From: Eledone cirrhosa
Lineage: Eukaryota
Length of the DNA: 64,000 nt
Direction of reading: 5' to 3'
NCBI GenBank assembly: GCA_964016885.1
Contig: OZ024754.1
Coordinates: 14,322,001-14,386,000, forward strand
Part shown: piece by piece, positions 62,863 to 64,000 of the stretch
Position numbering within the stretch: position 1 is the first letter of the stretch
Layout of the letters: every line of letters starts with the position of its first letter
The notes under the pieces: generated by a model
What the model was told of the DNA's origin: nothing
The model's input: the letters and a program-made list of their open reading frames with translations, nothing else
Database searches by the model: none
Made by a program: the position numbers and the translations under genes

Positions 62863-64000
62863 AAATGATACATGACATACCCTGACATGGTAGATGGTTA
62901 AGATTTAATCAAGATAGTGATTAACTTATGACAAAACTCAATATTTATACCCTAATATTGAGAACATGAGAAACCGTAATACAATCAATAGAGAGAGTGT
63001 GAGTAATATATTTTAAGAAATACATGGCATCAATATAACAGTTATAGAATTTTAATATTAAAAAAAAAACTACTAGAGAAATAGGAGGGAGAGGAAAGCA
63101 TAGAGGAAGAAGTAGCTGCTGTTATAACTTATTTAGTATTTAGCTTGAGAAGACAAATGAAAGATGATTAAAGAGAGAGAGAGACAAAGGGGAGTAATTT
63201 CTACATACACATCTTCATATATAGCTGGCGGTTAATTTTCAAAATATTTAATTTATGTTATTTTAGGGTAAAGAATCAAATTTTAGGTTTTAAAAGTTAA
63301 TGGGTATTTGTATTAATATTATAATATAATTATGTTAAATTTCTAAAATTCAAATTTTATGAAGACAAATTTAAAGGATTTACGAAACCCGCAAAAGAAA
63401 GAAAATATACATATAATGTTCGATATCCCCACGAAGGTAATTTTTACCAAAATTACTTATAATATTGACAACAGTTTCTATAAAATAATTTATGAGATAT
63501 TTATAGTTATAACTATTAAAGAATTTATTGTTAAATAGTTTGAGTGCCTAAAGAATCAACAGGTCTTATAATTAAACTTAAAGAAGTCAGAATTTTCAGC
63601 TATATATATATGTATTGATCATAATATACCAAGATTATAGTTTATTATTTGCTCATATATTGTATTAAGTAAATGATTATATAAGTTCGACCTTCCAGAG
63701 AAAACCAAACACTTATAATAATGTCATTTGAGTGTTTAAATTATTTATAAATGTAACTACGATTATGTTATTACACTAGATAAAGATATTTGTACAAACT
63801 ATATATAGATATAATAGGTATTAATGAAACGGTATACATTTAATAAAGAATAACAATTATAATCATTGTTAGTAGTTTTACCTCCAGTTCAGTGGAGGAA
63901 TAGACCAATATTTGTCAGATATTATGGTTTGTTAAATATACATAAAAAAGTGCAAATCCAACTTTCTGAGTTCCCAAAAGCCATCTCAAAATGAGTAAAA

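Overview
AT-rich, gene-poor animal DNA made almost entirely of repeats. The SINE and MITE families resemble octopod cephalopod repeats; this is an inference from remembered sequence, not a database search. No complete protein-coding gene is supported, and nearly all long ORFs in the track are translations of tandem repeats. The window holds: (i) many tRNA-derived SINEs of two main families, several with target-site duplications (TSDs) that begin ATTATT; (ii) short relics of RTE/RTE-X and Tx1/L1 LINEs, an internally deleted Helitron, a mariner derivative with three terminal inverted repeats (TIRs) and a piggyBac-type MITE; (iii) micro- and minisatellites plus a 17-kb, ~220-copy 78-bp satellite with higher-order structure, lying inside one SINE whose head and tail still flank it; (iv) about 15 minimal type I hammerhead ribozyme (HHR) motifs, mostly with palindromic, dimer-type stem III. 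Six HHRs lie as opposite-strand pairs in ~350-400-bp palindromes next to (TA)n, typical of Penelope-like element pseudo-LTRs. Two subfamilies carry recurrent non-canonical cores (CCGANGA, CAGAAGA).
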